The notes beneath the pieces are model-generated. The model saw only the letters and a list, made by a program, of their open reading frames with translations, had not been told where the DNA came from and ran no database searches. This document shows positions 26,554 to 36,007 of a DNA stretch of 64,000 nt, in pieces; position 1 is the first letter of the stretch; the number at the start of each line of letters is the position of its first letter. Source of the stretch: an uncultured Actinomycetota bacterium (lineage in GTDB: Bacteria > Actinomycetota > Actinomycetes > Propionibacteriales > Propionibacteriaceae); NCBI GenBank assembly GCA_963727215.1, contig CAVSFR010000006.1, positions 319,761 through 383,760 on the forward strand, written 5' to 3'. The position numbers and the translations under genes are program-made.

Positions 26554-27237
26554 TCAGGCTGAGGCGACCCAGGACTCGAAGGCCGCCACCGCGGCGGGCG
26601 GGCCCGAGACCTGGACCTGGGCGGCGCTGCGTCGACCGCTGACGTAGAGCGCGAGCTCGACTGGCCCACCGGTGAGCACCACCTCGCCCTCCGGCTCCGC
26701 ACCCGTGGCTGCGGTCCCCTTGCTGGCCGGCCTCCCCTTGCTGACTCGTGCCGTGGCGCCATCGAGCCGCGCCAGCACCACCGGGCCGGGTGAGCGGCGG
26801 TAGCGGATCCGGGCCATCAACGGCAGCTGGCTCCAGACCGCCTTGTCCTGGGCCGGCGGCAGCGTCCGCGGTTGGACCGGCTCGACACCCCCACGCCGGA
26901 CGTCCTCGTGATGGATGACGTACTCGAGGAGGTTGATCTTCTCGGTCCCCCAGCTCATCGGCGACCAGCGCGGCGGGCCGGCGACGAACCGGTCGACCAG
27001 CCCGGCATAGCCCTCAGGGGTGTGGGCCTCGTCGGCCAGCCGGCCGAGGTACTTCTCCTGCCCGGGCTCGGCTCGGCCGACCGCGTCTCCGAGTGAGCCC
27101 AGGACCTCCTGCTCGCGCAGCACGAGGTGAGCCAGCAGCCGACGGGTCGACCAGCCCGCGCAGAGCGTCTCGGCCTCCGGGTCAGCCCGTCGCAGCGTGT
27201 CGACCAGTGCGTTCTTCTCCGTGCGTGCCCATCCCAT
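26554..27237 (-). CDS. TIGR03085-like DinB/maleylpyruvate isomerase superfamily metal-binding protein
   Basis: TLCAGWSTRRLLAHLVLRE, INLLEYVIHHEDVRR, LTGGPVELALYVSGRR. Confidence 0.8.
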   Translation of the reverse strand: MGWARTEKNALVDTLRRADPEAETLCAGWSTRRLLAHLVLREQEVLGSLGDAVGRAEPGQEKYLGRLADEAHTPEGYAGLVDRFVAGPPRWSPMSWGTEKINLLEYVIHHEDVRRGGVEPVQPRTLPPAQDKAVWSQLPLMARIRYRRSPGPVVLARLDGATARVSKGRPASKGTAATGAEPEGEVVLTGGPVELALYVSGRRSAAQVQVSGPPAAVAAFESWVASA

Positions 27238-27501
27238 GCCTGGCAACCTACCCGGCGCCGGCGGCGACGGGCCGGCGAGTCAGACGTCAGCCCCGCTGAG
27301 GACCGACGCCTCCTCGGCGTTGCCCGAACAGGCTCGTGATGTCCCGCGGCGGAGAGCGTCCGCAGGTGGCTACGCCCGATCACCGGACCAGGACCGCCGC
27401 CGCCGAAGCGGATGGCCGAGTAGGGGGACGACACGACGCTGCGCGACGGCGCACACCGACAGATACACCGACTATGTAAGTAGGGTTACCGACCTGGCTG
27501 C

Positions 27502-27517
27502 GTAACGACACCGTAAA
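27502..27517 (+). promoter_or_regulatory. Putative GlnR-type box GTAAC-N6-GTAAA
   Basis: Direct repeat with 11-bp period about 105 nt upstream of an amino-acid permease; extra GTTAC (27485) and GTGAC (27528) half sites. Confidence 0.45.
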
Positions 27518-27622
27518 GACCCGGAATGTGACCGACGCACCGTTGTGGCTAGGGTCACAGCACAGTCCTCTTCGAGAACTCCTGCTCATCAGCACCACTT
27601 CCCCCACCGGAAGGCACCGCCC

Positions 27623-29161
27623 GTGACCCAGACCGAAACCCAACCCAACTCGCTCAACGCTGAACAGGTGGGCTACAAGCAGACGCTGAACAGTCGCCAC
27701 GTGCAGATGATCGCCATCGGTGGCGCCATCGGCACCGGCCTGTTCCTCGGCTCGGCCTCCCGGCTGCACAACACTGGGCCGGCACTGATCATCAGCTACG
27801 CCGTCGTCGGCGTGATCGCCTACTTCTTGATGCGCGCCCTCGGCGAGCTCGTGCTGCACCGCGCGACCTCGGGCGCCTTCGTGTCCTACATGCGGGAGTT
27901 CTTCGGTGAGAAGTGGGCCTTCGTCACGGGCTGGATCTACTGGCTCAACTGGGCCCTGACCGGCATCGCGGAGCTTTCGGCTGTCGGTCTGTACATCCAG
28001 TACTGGTGGCCGAACATGCCGACCTGGGCCACCGTGCTGATCGCTCTGGTTGTCGTCTTGTCGATCAACCTGCTCTCGGCACGGGCGTTCGGTGAGTTCG
28101 AGTTCTGGGCCGCCATCCTCAAGGTCGGCGCGATCGTCGTCTTCCTTATCGTGGGCCTGGTCGTGGTCATCGGCGGGTTCGACATCGGCGGTCACAAGGC
28201 CGGCTTCCAGAACCTGTGGAACAACCCGGGCGGCTTCTGGCCCTCCAGCGGCGACTTCAACTGGTACGGCCCCATCCTGGTCATGTCCGGTGTCGTCTTC
28301 GCCTACGCGGCCATCGAGATGGTGGGCGTGGCGGCCGGCGAGATGGCCAACGCGCAGAAAGAGGTCCCGAAGGCCGTCAACGCGGTCATCTTCCGGATCG
28401 CGGTCTTCTACATCGGCTCGATCCTGCTGCTGTGCTCGATGCTGCCGACCTCGGACTACACGGCCGGCACCAGCCCGTTCGTCACGGTCTTCGAGCGGCT
28501 CGGCCTCACCTGGATGAGCACGGTCATCCAGGCCGTTCTGATCGTCGCCGCCATGTCCTCCCTGAACTCGGGGCTCTACTCGACCGGGCGGGTGCTGCGC
28601 AGCCTCGGCATGTCCAAGCAGGCTCCGCAGTTCACCCTCAAGATGAGCAAGTCGGGCGTTCCGTGGGCCGGCATCGTGATGACGTCGGTCGTCTTCGTCT
28701 TCGGCTCGGTGCTCAACTTCCTCACCCCGGACGCGTTCGAGATCGCGGTCGAGGCCACCTCGGTGATGATCTTGTTCACCTGGGGCACGATCTTCGCCTG
28801 CCAGCTCCGGTTGCGGCAGCTCACCGACCGCGGCGTGATCCCCAAGGGCTCCTTCCAGGCTCCGGGCTACCCGTTCACCTCGCTCATCGGGCTGGTCTTC
28901 CTCGTCCTCGTCCTGATCGGACTGGCCGTCTCGGGCTGGCAGAGCTCCCCGTATCTGTTGCACAAGACGAGCTTCCTGGTGGTCGTCTTCGGCATCCCTG
29001 TGCTCGCCGGGATCCTGGCGCTCGCCTGGCGCGCGATCAAGCCCAAGGTCGTGGAGAACACCGGCAACAGGATCGAGTCGCTCTGGACCCTGGACGGCCC
29101 CCGCTACGGCGACGTCACACCTGACGATCTCGACCCCGTCGACGACGCCGCGATCGTCTGA
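27623..29161 (+). CDS. APC-family amino acid permease (AnsP/AroP-like)
   Basis: RHVQMIAIGGAIGTGLFLG, FGEFEFW, YAAIEMVG, SSLNSGLYSTGR; GGAAGG RBS before GTG 27623. Confidence 0.92.
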   Translation: MTQTETQPNSLNAEQVGYKQTLNSRHVQMIAIGGAIGTGLFLGSASRLHNTGPALIISYAVVGVIAYFLMRALGELVLHRATSGAFVSYMREFFGEKWAFVTGWIYWLNWALTGIAELSAVGLYIQYWWPNMPTWATVLIALVVVLSINLLSARAFGEFEFWAAILKVGAIVVFLIVGLVVVIGGFDIGGHKAGFQNLWNNPGGFWPSSGDFNWYGPILVMSGVVFAYAAIEMVGVAAGEMANAQKEVPKAVNAVIFRIAVFYIGSILLLCSMLPTSDYTAGTSPFVTVFERLGLTWMSTVIQAVLIVAAMSSLNSGLYSTGRVLRSLGMSKQAPQFTLKMSKSGVPWAGIVMTSVVFVFGSVLNFLTPDAFEIAVEATSVMILFTWGTIFACQLRLRQLTDRGVIPKGSFQAPGYPFTSLIGLVFLVLVLIGLAVSGWQSSPYLLHKTSFLVVVFGIPVLAGILALAWRAIKPKVVENTGNRIESLWTLDGPRYGDVTPDDLDPVDDAAIV

Positions 29162-29184
29162 GACGACGGAACAGGAGAACGTAG

Positions 29185-30024
29185 ATGCTCAACATCCAAC
29201 GACGGATCGCAGCCATAGCACTGGCCGCGCTCACCGCAGTATCGATCGCCGGATGCGGGTCGGGCGAGGTGAAGACGCCGACCCCGCTCCCCGGGGCGTC
29301 GCTCGCCAGCCTGAAGATCGGTATCTCCTTCGACCAGCCCGGACTGGGGCTGAAGACCGGCGACTCCTACAAGGGGTTCGACGTGGACACCGCGACCTAC
29401 GTGGCGGGCGCCCTCGGCGTGCCGAAGGACAAGATCACCTGGGTCGAGGCCAACCCGGCCGACCGGGAGAAGCTGATCAGCGACGGTCAGGCCGACCTGG
29501 TCTTCTCGACCTACTCGATCACCGACGACCGCAAGCAGGTGGTCGACTTCGCCGGTCCGTACTTCGTCGCCCACCAGGACCTGCTGGTCCGGCGCAACGA
29601 GGAGGACATCAGGAGCCCGCAGACGCTCAACGGACGCACGCTGTGCTCGGTGACCGGGACCACGTCCTCGGCGTACATCAAGGACAACTACAAGGGCAAG
29701 ATCACGCTGCAGGAGTACCCCAAGTTCTCTGACTGCGTCTCTGCCCTCGCGGCCAGCACGGTCGACGCGGTCAGCACTGACGACGTCATCCTCGCCGGCT
29801 TCGCCGCCACGTCCCAGTACAAGGGCAAGCTCCGCTTGATCGGCAAGGGCTTCACCGACGAGCAGTACGGCGTCGGGATCAAGAAGGGCAACACCGACCT
29901 GGTCGGGAAGGTCAACGACGCTTTGAAGCAGTACATCGCCGACGGGTCGTGGAAAGCCTCCCTGCGGGAGAACGTCGGGCCCTCCGGGTACAGCATCCCG
30001 AGCGCGCCCACGCCCGGATCCTGA
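29185..30024 (+). CDS. Glutamate-type ABC substrate-binding lipoprotein (GluB-like)
   Basis: Lipobox IAGC; IGISFDQPGLG, GFDVD, TYSITDDRKQVVDFAGPYF, STDDVILAG. Confidence 0.88.
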   Translation: MLNIQRRIAAIALAALTAVSIAGCGSGEVKTPTPLPGASLASLKIGISFDQPGLGLKTGDSYKGFDVDTATYVAGALGVPKDKITWVEANPADREKLISDGQADLVFSTYSITDDRKQVVDFAGPYFVAHQDLLVRRNEEDIRSPQTLNGRTLCSVTGTTSSAYIKDNYKGKITLQEYPKFSDCVSALAASTVDAVSTDDVILAGFAATSQYKGKLRLIGKGFTDEQYGVGIKKGNTDLVGKVNDALKQYIADGSWKASLRENVGPSGYSIPSAPTPGS

Positions 30025-30042
30025 CGGCTCCCCACCCCTAGA

Positions 30043-31905
30043 TTGGGCCTCGTGGCGGACGACCTCGCACGACTGCTCGCCGGCTACGCCCCCTTCGACT
30101 GCCTCGATCCCGAGGCCAGAGCGAAGGTGGCGGAGTCGGCGAGCGTCGTGCGTTACGGGGCGGGCGACCTGGTCCTGGACGCCTTCGCCGGCGGCACCGA
30201 CGACGTGTTCCTGGTCATCGCCGGGCGGGTCGACATCTGGAACCACGCCGACCTGCTGACCGGACCGGCGGACGAGATCTTGGGCCCGGGCGGGATCTTC
30301 GGCTTCTCCTCGATGCTGACCGACGGTTCGCTGGGACCCCGGGCCGTCGCGGCTGGCGCCGCCACGGTGGCGCAGATCCCGGGCTCGGCGGTCACCCCGG
30401 CCTTCGCGTCGCGCCGTGGGGCTCAGTTCCTGGCGGAGCGGATCTCGGCCGCCAACCGGCGCCGGCCCGAGCCGACCCCGAGCTACAGCCTGGTCGACGA
30501 GCTGATCGTCAGCGCGCCGGTGGTGGCCGAGACGGGCGCCTCGGCCCTGGACGTGGCCCGCCTGATGAGCGAGCGCGGAGCGGGTTACGCCGTGCTGCCC
30601 CGCCCCGACGGCAGCTACGGCCTCGTCACCGACGCCGTGCTGCGGAGCCGGCTGGTCGTCGACGGCCGTTCCCCGAGCACGCCGGCGGCCGAGCTCATCG
30701 ACAGCCCGGCCACCACGGCCGTGCTGGGCGACTCCGCGGCGGAGGCGCTGATCCAGCTGCTCGACACCGGCGCCGAGTACCTGCTCGTCACCGACCGCGC
30801 CGGCGGGCTGCGTGGGGTGGTGGAGCCGCGCGACTTCGCCGTCTCCCCCACCACAGCCGGCGTTGCCGCGCACGAGCAGCTCCGCCGGGCCGCCACCGTC
30901 GAGCAGCTCGCCGGGCAGGCTCGCCGGGTGCCCGGGGTGCTGACGGACCTGCTGCGGCGCGGGCTCGGCTCGAACAAGGTGATCGCGGTCTACTCCGCGA
31001 TCTTGGACACGGTCGTCCGCCGGGCGATCGCACTGGTCTTCGAGCAGCACCCCGAGCTGTCAGTCGACGCCTTCACCTGGCTCTCGCTCGGTAGCGTCGG
31101 CCGCCGCGAGGCGGTGCTCAGCTCCGACGTCGACTCGGCCGTCGCCTTCGCCGACGGCACCCCGCGGGCCGATGCGGACGCCTACCGGGCCGCCTTCGCC
31201 GAGGTGGGGGCGGTGCTGGCCGACTGCGGGATCACCAGCGACGCTCACGGGGCGACCGCGCAGCAGCGCCTCTTCGCGCGGACCAACGCCGAGTGGCGGA
31301 CTGCCGCCGGCCAGTGGCTGGCGTCCCCCGCGGAGAACCAGGGCGCGATCATGACGTCCCTGCTGGTCGACGGGCGGCCCATCCACGGCGACCCCGGCCT
31401 GCCCGCGGCTGCCAAGGTCTTCAGCGACCTGCGGCGCCATCCCGGCACGATGCGGCTGCTGCTGCAGGAGTCACTGTCCCGGCGGGCCAAGATGCCCGCC
31501 CGCGGCATCCTCAGCCGGCGCAGCGGCGTCTTCGACGTGAAGGAGCACGCCGTGCTGCCGATCGTGAACCTGGCCCGCTGGGCCGCGCTCAGCGTCGGGT
31601 CGGCCGCCCTGCCCACCACCGAGCGGCTGCAGGCTGCCGCCGGCTCGGAGATGCTGCCCCAGGACCAGGCCGAGACTCTCGTCGAGGTCTTCGAGGTGCT
31701 GCAGCGGCTGCGGCTGCGGTACCAGGTCCTGCAGTTCCAGCAGGGGCAGGCACCCTCGGACCGGCTGCGGATGGACGAGGTGTCCCCGCTGGACCGCAGC
31801 GTGATCGCGCAGGCGGTACGCGAGGTCGCGGCGGTCCAGCGCAGGATGGACAACGTGTCGCTCTACGTGCCCGCCGAGTCCTGGGCGTCCCCGCGAGGCT
31901 CATGA
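30043..31905 (+). CDS. cNMP-binding/CBS/DUF294 putative nucleotidyltransferase
   Basis: N-terminal cNMP fold (GGIFG), CBS pair, NTase motif GSVGRREA..SDVDSA, C-terminal FDVKEHAVLPIVNLAR. Confidence 0.85.
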   Translation: MGLVADDLARLLAGYAPFDCLDPEARAKVAESASVVRYGAGDLVLDAFAGGTDDVFLVIAGRVDIWNHADLLTGPADEILGPGGIFGFSSMLTDGSLGPRAVAAGAATVAQIPGSAVTPAFASRRGAQFLAERISAANRRRPEPTPSYSLVDELIVSAPVVAETGASALDVARLMSERGAGYAVLPRPDGSYGLVTDAVLRSRLVVDGRSPSTPAAELIDSPATTAVLGDSAAEALIQLLDTGAEYLLVTDRAGGLRGVVEPRDFAVSPTTAGVAAHEQLRRAATVEQLAGQARRVPGVLTDLLRRGLGSNKVIAVYSAILDTVVRRAIALVFEQHPELSVDAFTWLSLGSVGRREAVLSSDVDSAVAFADGTPRADADAYRAAFAEVGAVLADCGITSDAHGATAQQRLFARTNAEWRTAAGQWLASPAENQGAIMTSLLVDGRPIHGDPGLPAAAKVFSDLRRHPGTMRLLLQESLSRRAKMPARGILSRRSGVFDVKEHAVLPIVNLARWAALSVGSAALPTTERLQAAAGSEMLPQDQAETLVEVFEVLQRLRLRYQVLQFQQGQAPSDRLRMDEVSPLDRSVIAQAVREVAAVQRRMDNVSLYVPAESWASPRGS

Positions 31906-32732
31906 CCCTCCCCCTGCCGCCCGGACGCCGGGTCGCGGTGATCGGCGACGTGGCCGGGCACCTGGACGAGCTGGTCAGCGAGCTCGGTCGCCTCGGCGCC
32001 GATCCGGTGACCGGCTGGCTGCCGGACGACCTCGTCGTGATCCAGGTCGGCGACCTCGTGCACCGCGGTCCCGACTCCGCCGGAGTGGTCGCCCTGGCCG
32101 ACCGCTACCTGACCGAGCAGCCAGACCAGTGGCTGCAGCTGGTCGGCAACCACGAGGCCCAGTACCTGCGGGAACCCGCCTTCGACTGGCCCGAGCAGCT
32201 GTCGGACGAGGTGGCCGGGACGCTGCGCCGCTGGTGGGAGGCGGGGCAGCTACGGGTGGCTGCTGCCCTGATCACCCGGACCGAGAGCTTCCTGATCACC
32301 CACGCCGGTCTGACGGCCGGCTTCTGGCGCGCCGTCCTGGATGCTCCCCCGGACGTCCGGCAGGTGGCCGTCGCCCTGAACGCGCTGCCCCGCGGCCGCC
32401 GCGACGTGGTCTTCCGCGCCGGTGAGCTGCTCGGGCGACGCCGCGACCAGAGTGCGGGGCCACTGTGGGCGGTCGCCTCCACCGAGCTCGTCCCGAGCTG
32501 GCAGCACAGCACGATGCCGTTCAGCCAGGTGCACGGCCACACCTCGGTCTACGACTGGGCCAACCGTCGGTTCGCCGGCGGTCCCGCCGGCACCCCCGCC
32601 ATCACCGAGCTGGACGAGGACGCCAAGCACGCCGTGGTCAGCCTGCGCGGCGGCCGCATCATCGGCGTCGACCCCGGTCACGGCGAGGAACCCCGCCGGC
32701 CGTGGCGCTCCTGGGAGCTCACCCTCGCCTGA
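31902..32732 (+). CDS. Calcineurin-like metallophosphoesterase
   Basis: ATGA overlap; VIGDVAGH, QVGDLVHRGPDS, GNHE, THAG, VHGHT. Confidence 0.82.
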   Translation: MTLPLPPGRRVAVIGDVAGHLDELVSELGRLGADPVTGWLPDDLVVIQVGDLVHRGPDSAGVVALADRYLTEQPDQWLQLVGNHEAQYLREPAFDWPEQLSDEVAGTLRRWWEAGQLRVAAALITRTESFLITHAGLTAGFWRAVLDAPPDVRQVAVALNALPRGRRDVVFRAGELLGRRRDQSAGPLWAVASTELVPSWQHSTMPFSQVHGHTSVYDWANRRFAGGPAGTPAITELDEDAKHAVVSLRGGRIIGVDPGHGEEPRRPWRSWELTLA

Positions 32733-32741
32733 CCAGCGGTA

Positions 32742-34529
32742 TCAGTCGACGATGGGCGCCCACTCGGGTCCGGTACGACCCAGCTCCTCGTCCAGCTTGG
32801 GGAACAGCGGCGTCGGCTTGACCAGCGGACGGCCGGCCTCGAGCGGCCGACTGGCCCAGCGGGCCTGCTCGCCGGCGTAGTCGCCCATGATCACGGGGTA
32901 GTCCGGCCCCCCGTCCTCGCCGACCTGCCGGATCTCGGGCTGGGCGGCCCAGACGCCCTCACCGCCAAGCGCAGCGTGCACCTTCTGCGCGGCGTGCGGC
33001 AGGAACGGCGTCATCAAGGTGTTGACGTCACTGACCACCTGCAGCGCGGTGTGCAGCACGGTGTCGCGGCGTTCGGGGTCGTCCTTCAGCTTCCACGGCT
33101 CGGCGTCGGAGAGGTACTTGTTGGCCGCGCCGGCTACCCGCATCGCCTCGCTGATCGCTGCCTTGAAGCGGTTGCGCCGCAGCAGGTCGCCGACCACGTC
33201 GAAGGAGGCCTGCGAGGTGGCCAGCAGCGTCGCGTCCAGGTCCGTCAGCGCCCCCGGCGCCGGGATGGCCCCGTTGTTCTTGTGGGCCATCGACACCGAC
33301 CGGTTGACCAGGTTGCCCCACTCGTTGGCGAGCTCGAAGTTCGTCCGGCGGACGAACTCGTCCCAGGTGAAGTCGCTGTCGGTGGTCTCCGGACCGGCGA
33401 CGGCGATGAAGTAGCGCAGCGCGTCCGGGCCGAAGTCGCGGAGGAAGTCCCCGACGTAGATGACCTTGTTGCGGCTGGTGGAGAACTTCGCCCCGCTCAT
33501 GGTCAGGTACTCACTCGAGACGACCTCGTCGGGCAGCCGCAGCTCCCCCATCGGTCCAACGGTGCCGCCGTGGTCGCCCTGCCCGTTGTGGCCCAGCAGC
33601 ATCCCCGGCCAGATCACCGAGTGGAAGACGATGTTGTCCTTGCCCATGAAGTAGTAGCTGAGCGCCTCCGGGTCGCTCCACCACAGCTGCCAGGCGTCCG
33701 GGTCACCGGTCCGCCGGGCCCACTCCACGGAGGCGGAGAGATAGCCGATCACCGCGTCGAACCAGACGTAGAGCCGCTTCATCGGCTGGTCGCGCCAGCC
33801 GTCCAGCGGCACCGGGACACCCCAGTCGAGGTCACGGGTGATCGCGCGCGGCCGTAGGTCGGCCAGCAGGTTCTGGCTGAACTTGAGCACGTTGGGTCGC
33901 CAGTCGCTGCGGTCGCCGAGCCAACGCGAGAGCGAACCCGAGAGCGCCGGCAGGTCGAGGAAGAAGTGTTCGGTCTCCACGAATTGAGGCGTCTCGCCGT
34001 TGATCCTGGACCGCGGGTTGATCAGGTCGACGGGGTCCAGCTGGTTGCCGCAGTTGTCGCACTGGTCGCCGCGGGCGCTGTCGTAGCCGCAGATCGGGCA
34101 GGTGCCCTCGATGTAGCGGTCGGGCAGAGTCCGGCCGGTCGACGGGCTGACCGCGCCCATCGCCGTCTGCGGCACCACATACCCGTTCTTGTACAGCCCG
34201 AGGAACAGCTGCTGGGTCACCTCGTAGTGGTTCTGCGTGGTGGTGCGGGTGAAGAGGTCGTACGAGAGCCCGAGGCCCTGCAGGTCCTCCACGATCACCC
34301 GGTTGTACTTGTCGGCCAGCTCACGGGTGGTCATGCCCTCGCGCTCAGCCTGCACCGAGATCGGCGTCCCGTGCTCGTCGGTGCCCGAGACCATCAGCAC
34401 GTCGTGCCCGGTCATCCGCATGTAGCGGGAGAAGACGTCGGACGGGACCCCGAATCCGGAGACGTGACCGATGTGGCGCGGGCCGTTGGCGTACGGCCAG
34501 GCCACGGCGGTCAGCACGCGTGAGCTCAT
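32742..34529 (-). CDS. metG: Methionine--tRNA ligase
   Basis: [19 protein letters not shown], zinc knuckle [27 protein letters not shown]. Confidence 0.97.
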   Translation of the reverse strand: MSSRVLTAVAWPYANGPRHIGHVSGFGVPSDVFSRYMRMTGHDVLMVSGTDEHGTPISVQAEREGMTTRELADKYNRVIVEDLQGLGLSYDLFTRTTTQNHYEVTQQLFLGLYKNGYVVPQTAMGAVSPSTGRTLPDRYIEGTCPICGYDSARGDQCDNCGNQLDPVDLINPRSRINGETPQFVETEHFFLDLPALSGSLSRWLGDRSDWRPNVLKFSQNLLADLRPRAITRDLDWGVPVPLDGWRDQPMKRLYVWFDAVIGYLSASVEWARRTGDPDAWQLWWSDPEALSYYFMGKDNIVFHSVIWPGMLLGHNGQGDHGGTVGPMGELRLPDEVVSSEYLTMSGAKFSTSRNKVIYVGDFLRDFGPDALRYFIAVAGPETTDSDFTWDEFVRRTNFELANEWGNLVNRSVSMAHKNNGAIPAPGALTDLDATLLATSQASFDVVGDLLRRNRFKAAISEAMRVAGAANKYLSDAEPWKLKDDPERRDTVLHTALQVVSDVNTLMTPFLPHAAQKVHAALGGEGVWAAQPEIRQVGEDGGPDYPVIMGDYAGEQARWASRPLEAGRPLVKPTPLFPKLDEELGRTGPEWAPIVD

Positions 34530-34610
34530 GGGTGAACCCTATGCCGAGCCACGACCGCACTCTGCCGGCTGCAGGCGCGCTGACCGGTCGGCAACCACTA
34601 GCGTGCGGGT

Positions 34611-35873
34611 GTGCTCACCACCACCGAGGCGGACGTCCTCGCCCTGCTCGACGAGGCCGCGGCCGTGCAGACGTTGCGGGAGCTGGTTGCCGTACCCAGC
34701 GTCGGCGGCAGCGACGCCGAGAGCGAGATCCAGCACGACCTCACCGAGCGGCTGACCAGGCTCGGCCTCGAGACCGACCTGTGGCCGCTGGACCTGACCG
34801 CGCTGCGCTCCCACCCCGACTACCCCGGCGAGGAGGTCGAGCGCGGCGAGGCCTGGGGGCTCGTCGGCACCTCCGCCGCCGACAGCGAGGAGCCGCCCGG
34901 GCTCGTCCTGCAGGCTCACCTGGACGTCGTCCCGGCCGGTGACCCCGCCCAGTGGAGCTCGTCGGCGTTCGAGCCGGTGGTCACCGGTGGCGATCTCGTG
35001 GGACGCGGCAGCAACGACATGAAGGGCGGTGCGGCGGCGATCCTGGCTGCGGTGGCCGCCCTGCGCGCGGCCGGCGTCCGGCTGGTCCGTCCGTACGCGG
35101 TGCACGTCGCGATCGGGGAGGAGGACGGCGGCCTGGGAGCGTTCGCCGCCCTCCAGCGAGGCCACACCGGCGAGGCGTGCATCATCCCCGAGCCCACGGC
35201 GCTGGACCTGGTCACCGCGAACGCCGGCTCGCTGACCTTCCGGATCGAGGTGCCCGGGCTGGCGACGCACGGCAGCACCGCGTACGCCGGGAGCTCGGCC
35301 ATCGACTCCTACCTCGGCCTGCACCAGGCGCTGGCGCAGCTGCAGGAGCGACGCAACGCCGCCCCCGAGCCGCTGATGCGGCACCTGCCGGTCGCCTACC
35401 CGCTCTCGGTGGGCCGGCTGCACGCGGGCGACTGGCCGAGCAGCGTGCCGGACCTGTTGGTGGCCGAGGGCCGGTACGGCGTCAAGATCGAGGAGGACGC
35501 GACCACGGCCCGCGCCGAGCTCGAGCAGGCGGTGGCCGAAGCGGCGAGCCGCGACCCCTACCTGCGCGACCACCCGCCGCTGGTGAGCTGGACGGGCGGT
35601 CAGTTCGCCGGCGGCCACCTGCCGTCGGGCCACGTGCTGCGCGACACCGTCCGGCTCGCGCACGGCGACGTCGCCGGCGGTCCCACCATCCTCGAGCGCG
35701 GCGCCCCCTGGGGCAGCGACCTCCGGCTGTACGCCGCCGCCGGCGTCCCGACGCTGCACTACGGTCCCGGCGACGTCCGCACCGCCCACGGCCCGGACGA
35801 GCGGGTGCCGCTGGCCGAGGTCTTCACCTGCGCCCGCGTCCTCGCCCTGGCCGTCCTCCGCTCCTGCACCTGA
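34611..35873 (+). CDS. M20 ArgE/DapE-family deacylase
   Basis: AHLDVV, GRGSNDMKGG, GEEDGG, HGS, YGPG, AHGPDE. Confidence 0.88.
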   Translation: MLTTTEADVLALLDEAAAVQTLRELVAVPSVGGSDAESEIQHDLTERLTRLGLETDLWPLDLTALRSHPDYPGEEVERGEAWGLVGTSAADSEEPPGLVLQAHLDVVPAGDPAQWSSSAFEPVVTGGDLVGRGSNDMKGGAAAILAAVAALRAAGVRLVRPYAVHVAIGEEDGGLGAFAALQRGHTGEACIIPEPTALDLVTANAGSLTFRIEVPGLATHGSTAYAGSSAIDSYLGLHQALAQLQERRNAAPEPLMRHLPVAYPLSVGRLHAGDWPSSVPDLLVAEGRYGVKIEEDATTARAELEQAVAEAASRDPYLRDHPPLVSWTGGQFAGGHLPSGHVLRDTVRLAHGDVAGGPTILERGAPWGSDLRLYAAAGVPTLHYGPGDVRTAHGPDERVPLAEVFTCARVLALAVLRSCT

Positions 35874-35874
35874 A

Positions 35875-35928
35875 CCGACTTGTCAGAATCCAGTTGTCCT
35901 ATGGGACAACTCAGTTCTGACAAGTCGG
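35875..35928. repeat. 54-bp palindromic element (CAGAA subtype), upstream flank of cassette 1
   Basis: Perfect 14-bp arms CCGACTTGTCAGAA/TTCTGACAAGTCGG plus inner AGTTGTCC/GGACAACT stem. Confidence 0.95.
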
Positions 35929-36007
35929 TATCCACAGGTGGCGACGTGTCGGGTCGCCATCCACAGATTCCCCCAGGGCCTCGCAACGGCTGCCCTCGTT
36001 CACCACC

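Noticed and set aside
27250-27480. Small ORF or ncRNA between the TIGR03085-like gene and the permease promoter
   Set aside because: No frame with credible start, RBS or motif, and no recognisable RNA structure
35929-35966. TCCACA motifs as part of oriC
   Set aside because: Only two imperfect boxes per site, no dnaA/dnaN context, and they track with the cassettes
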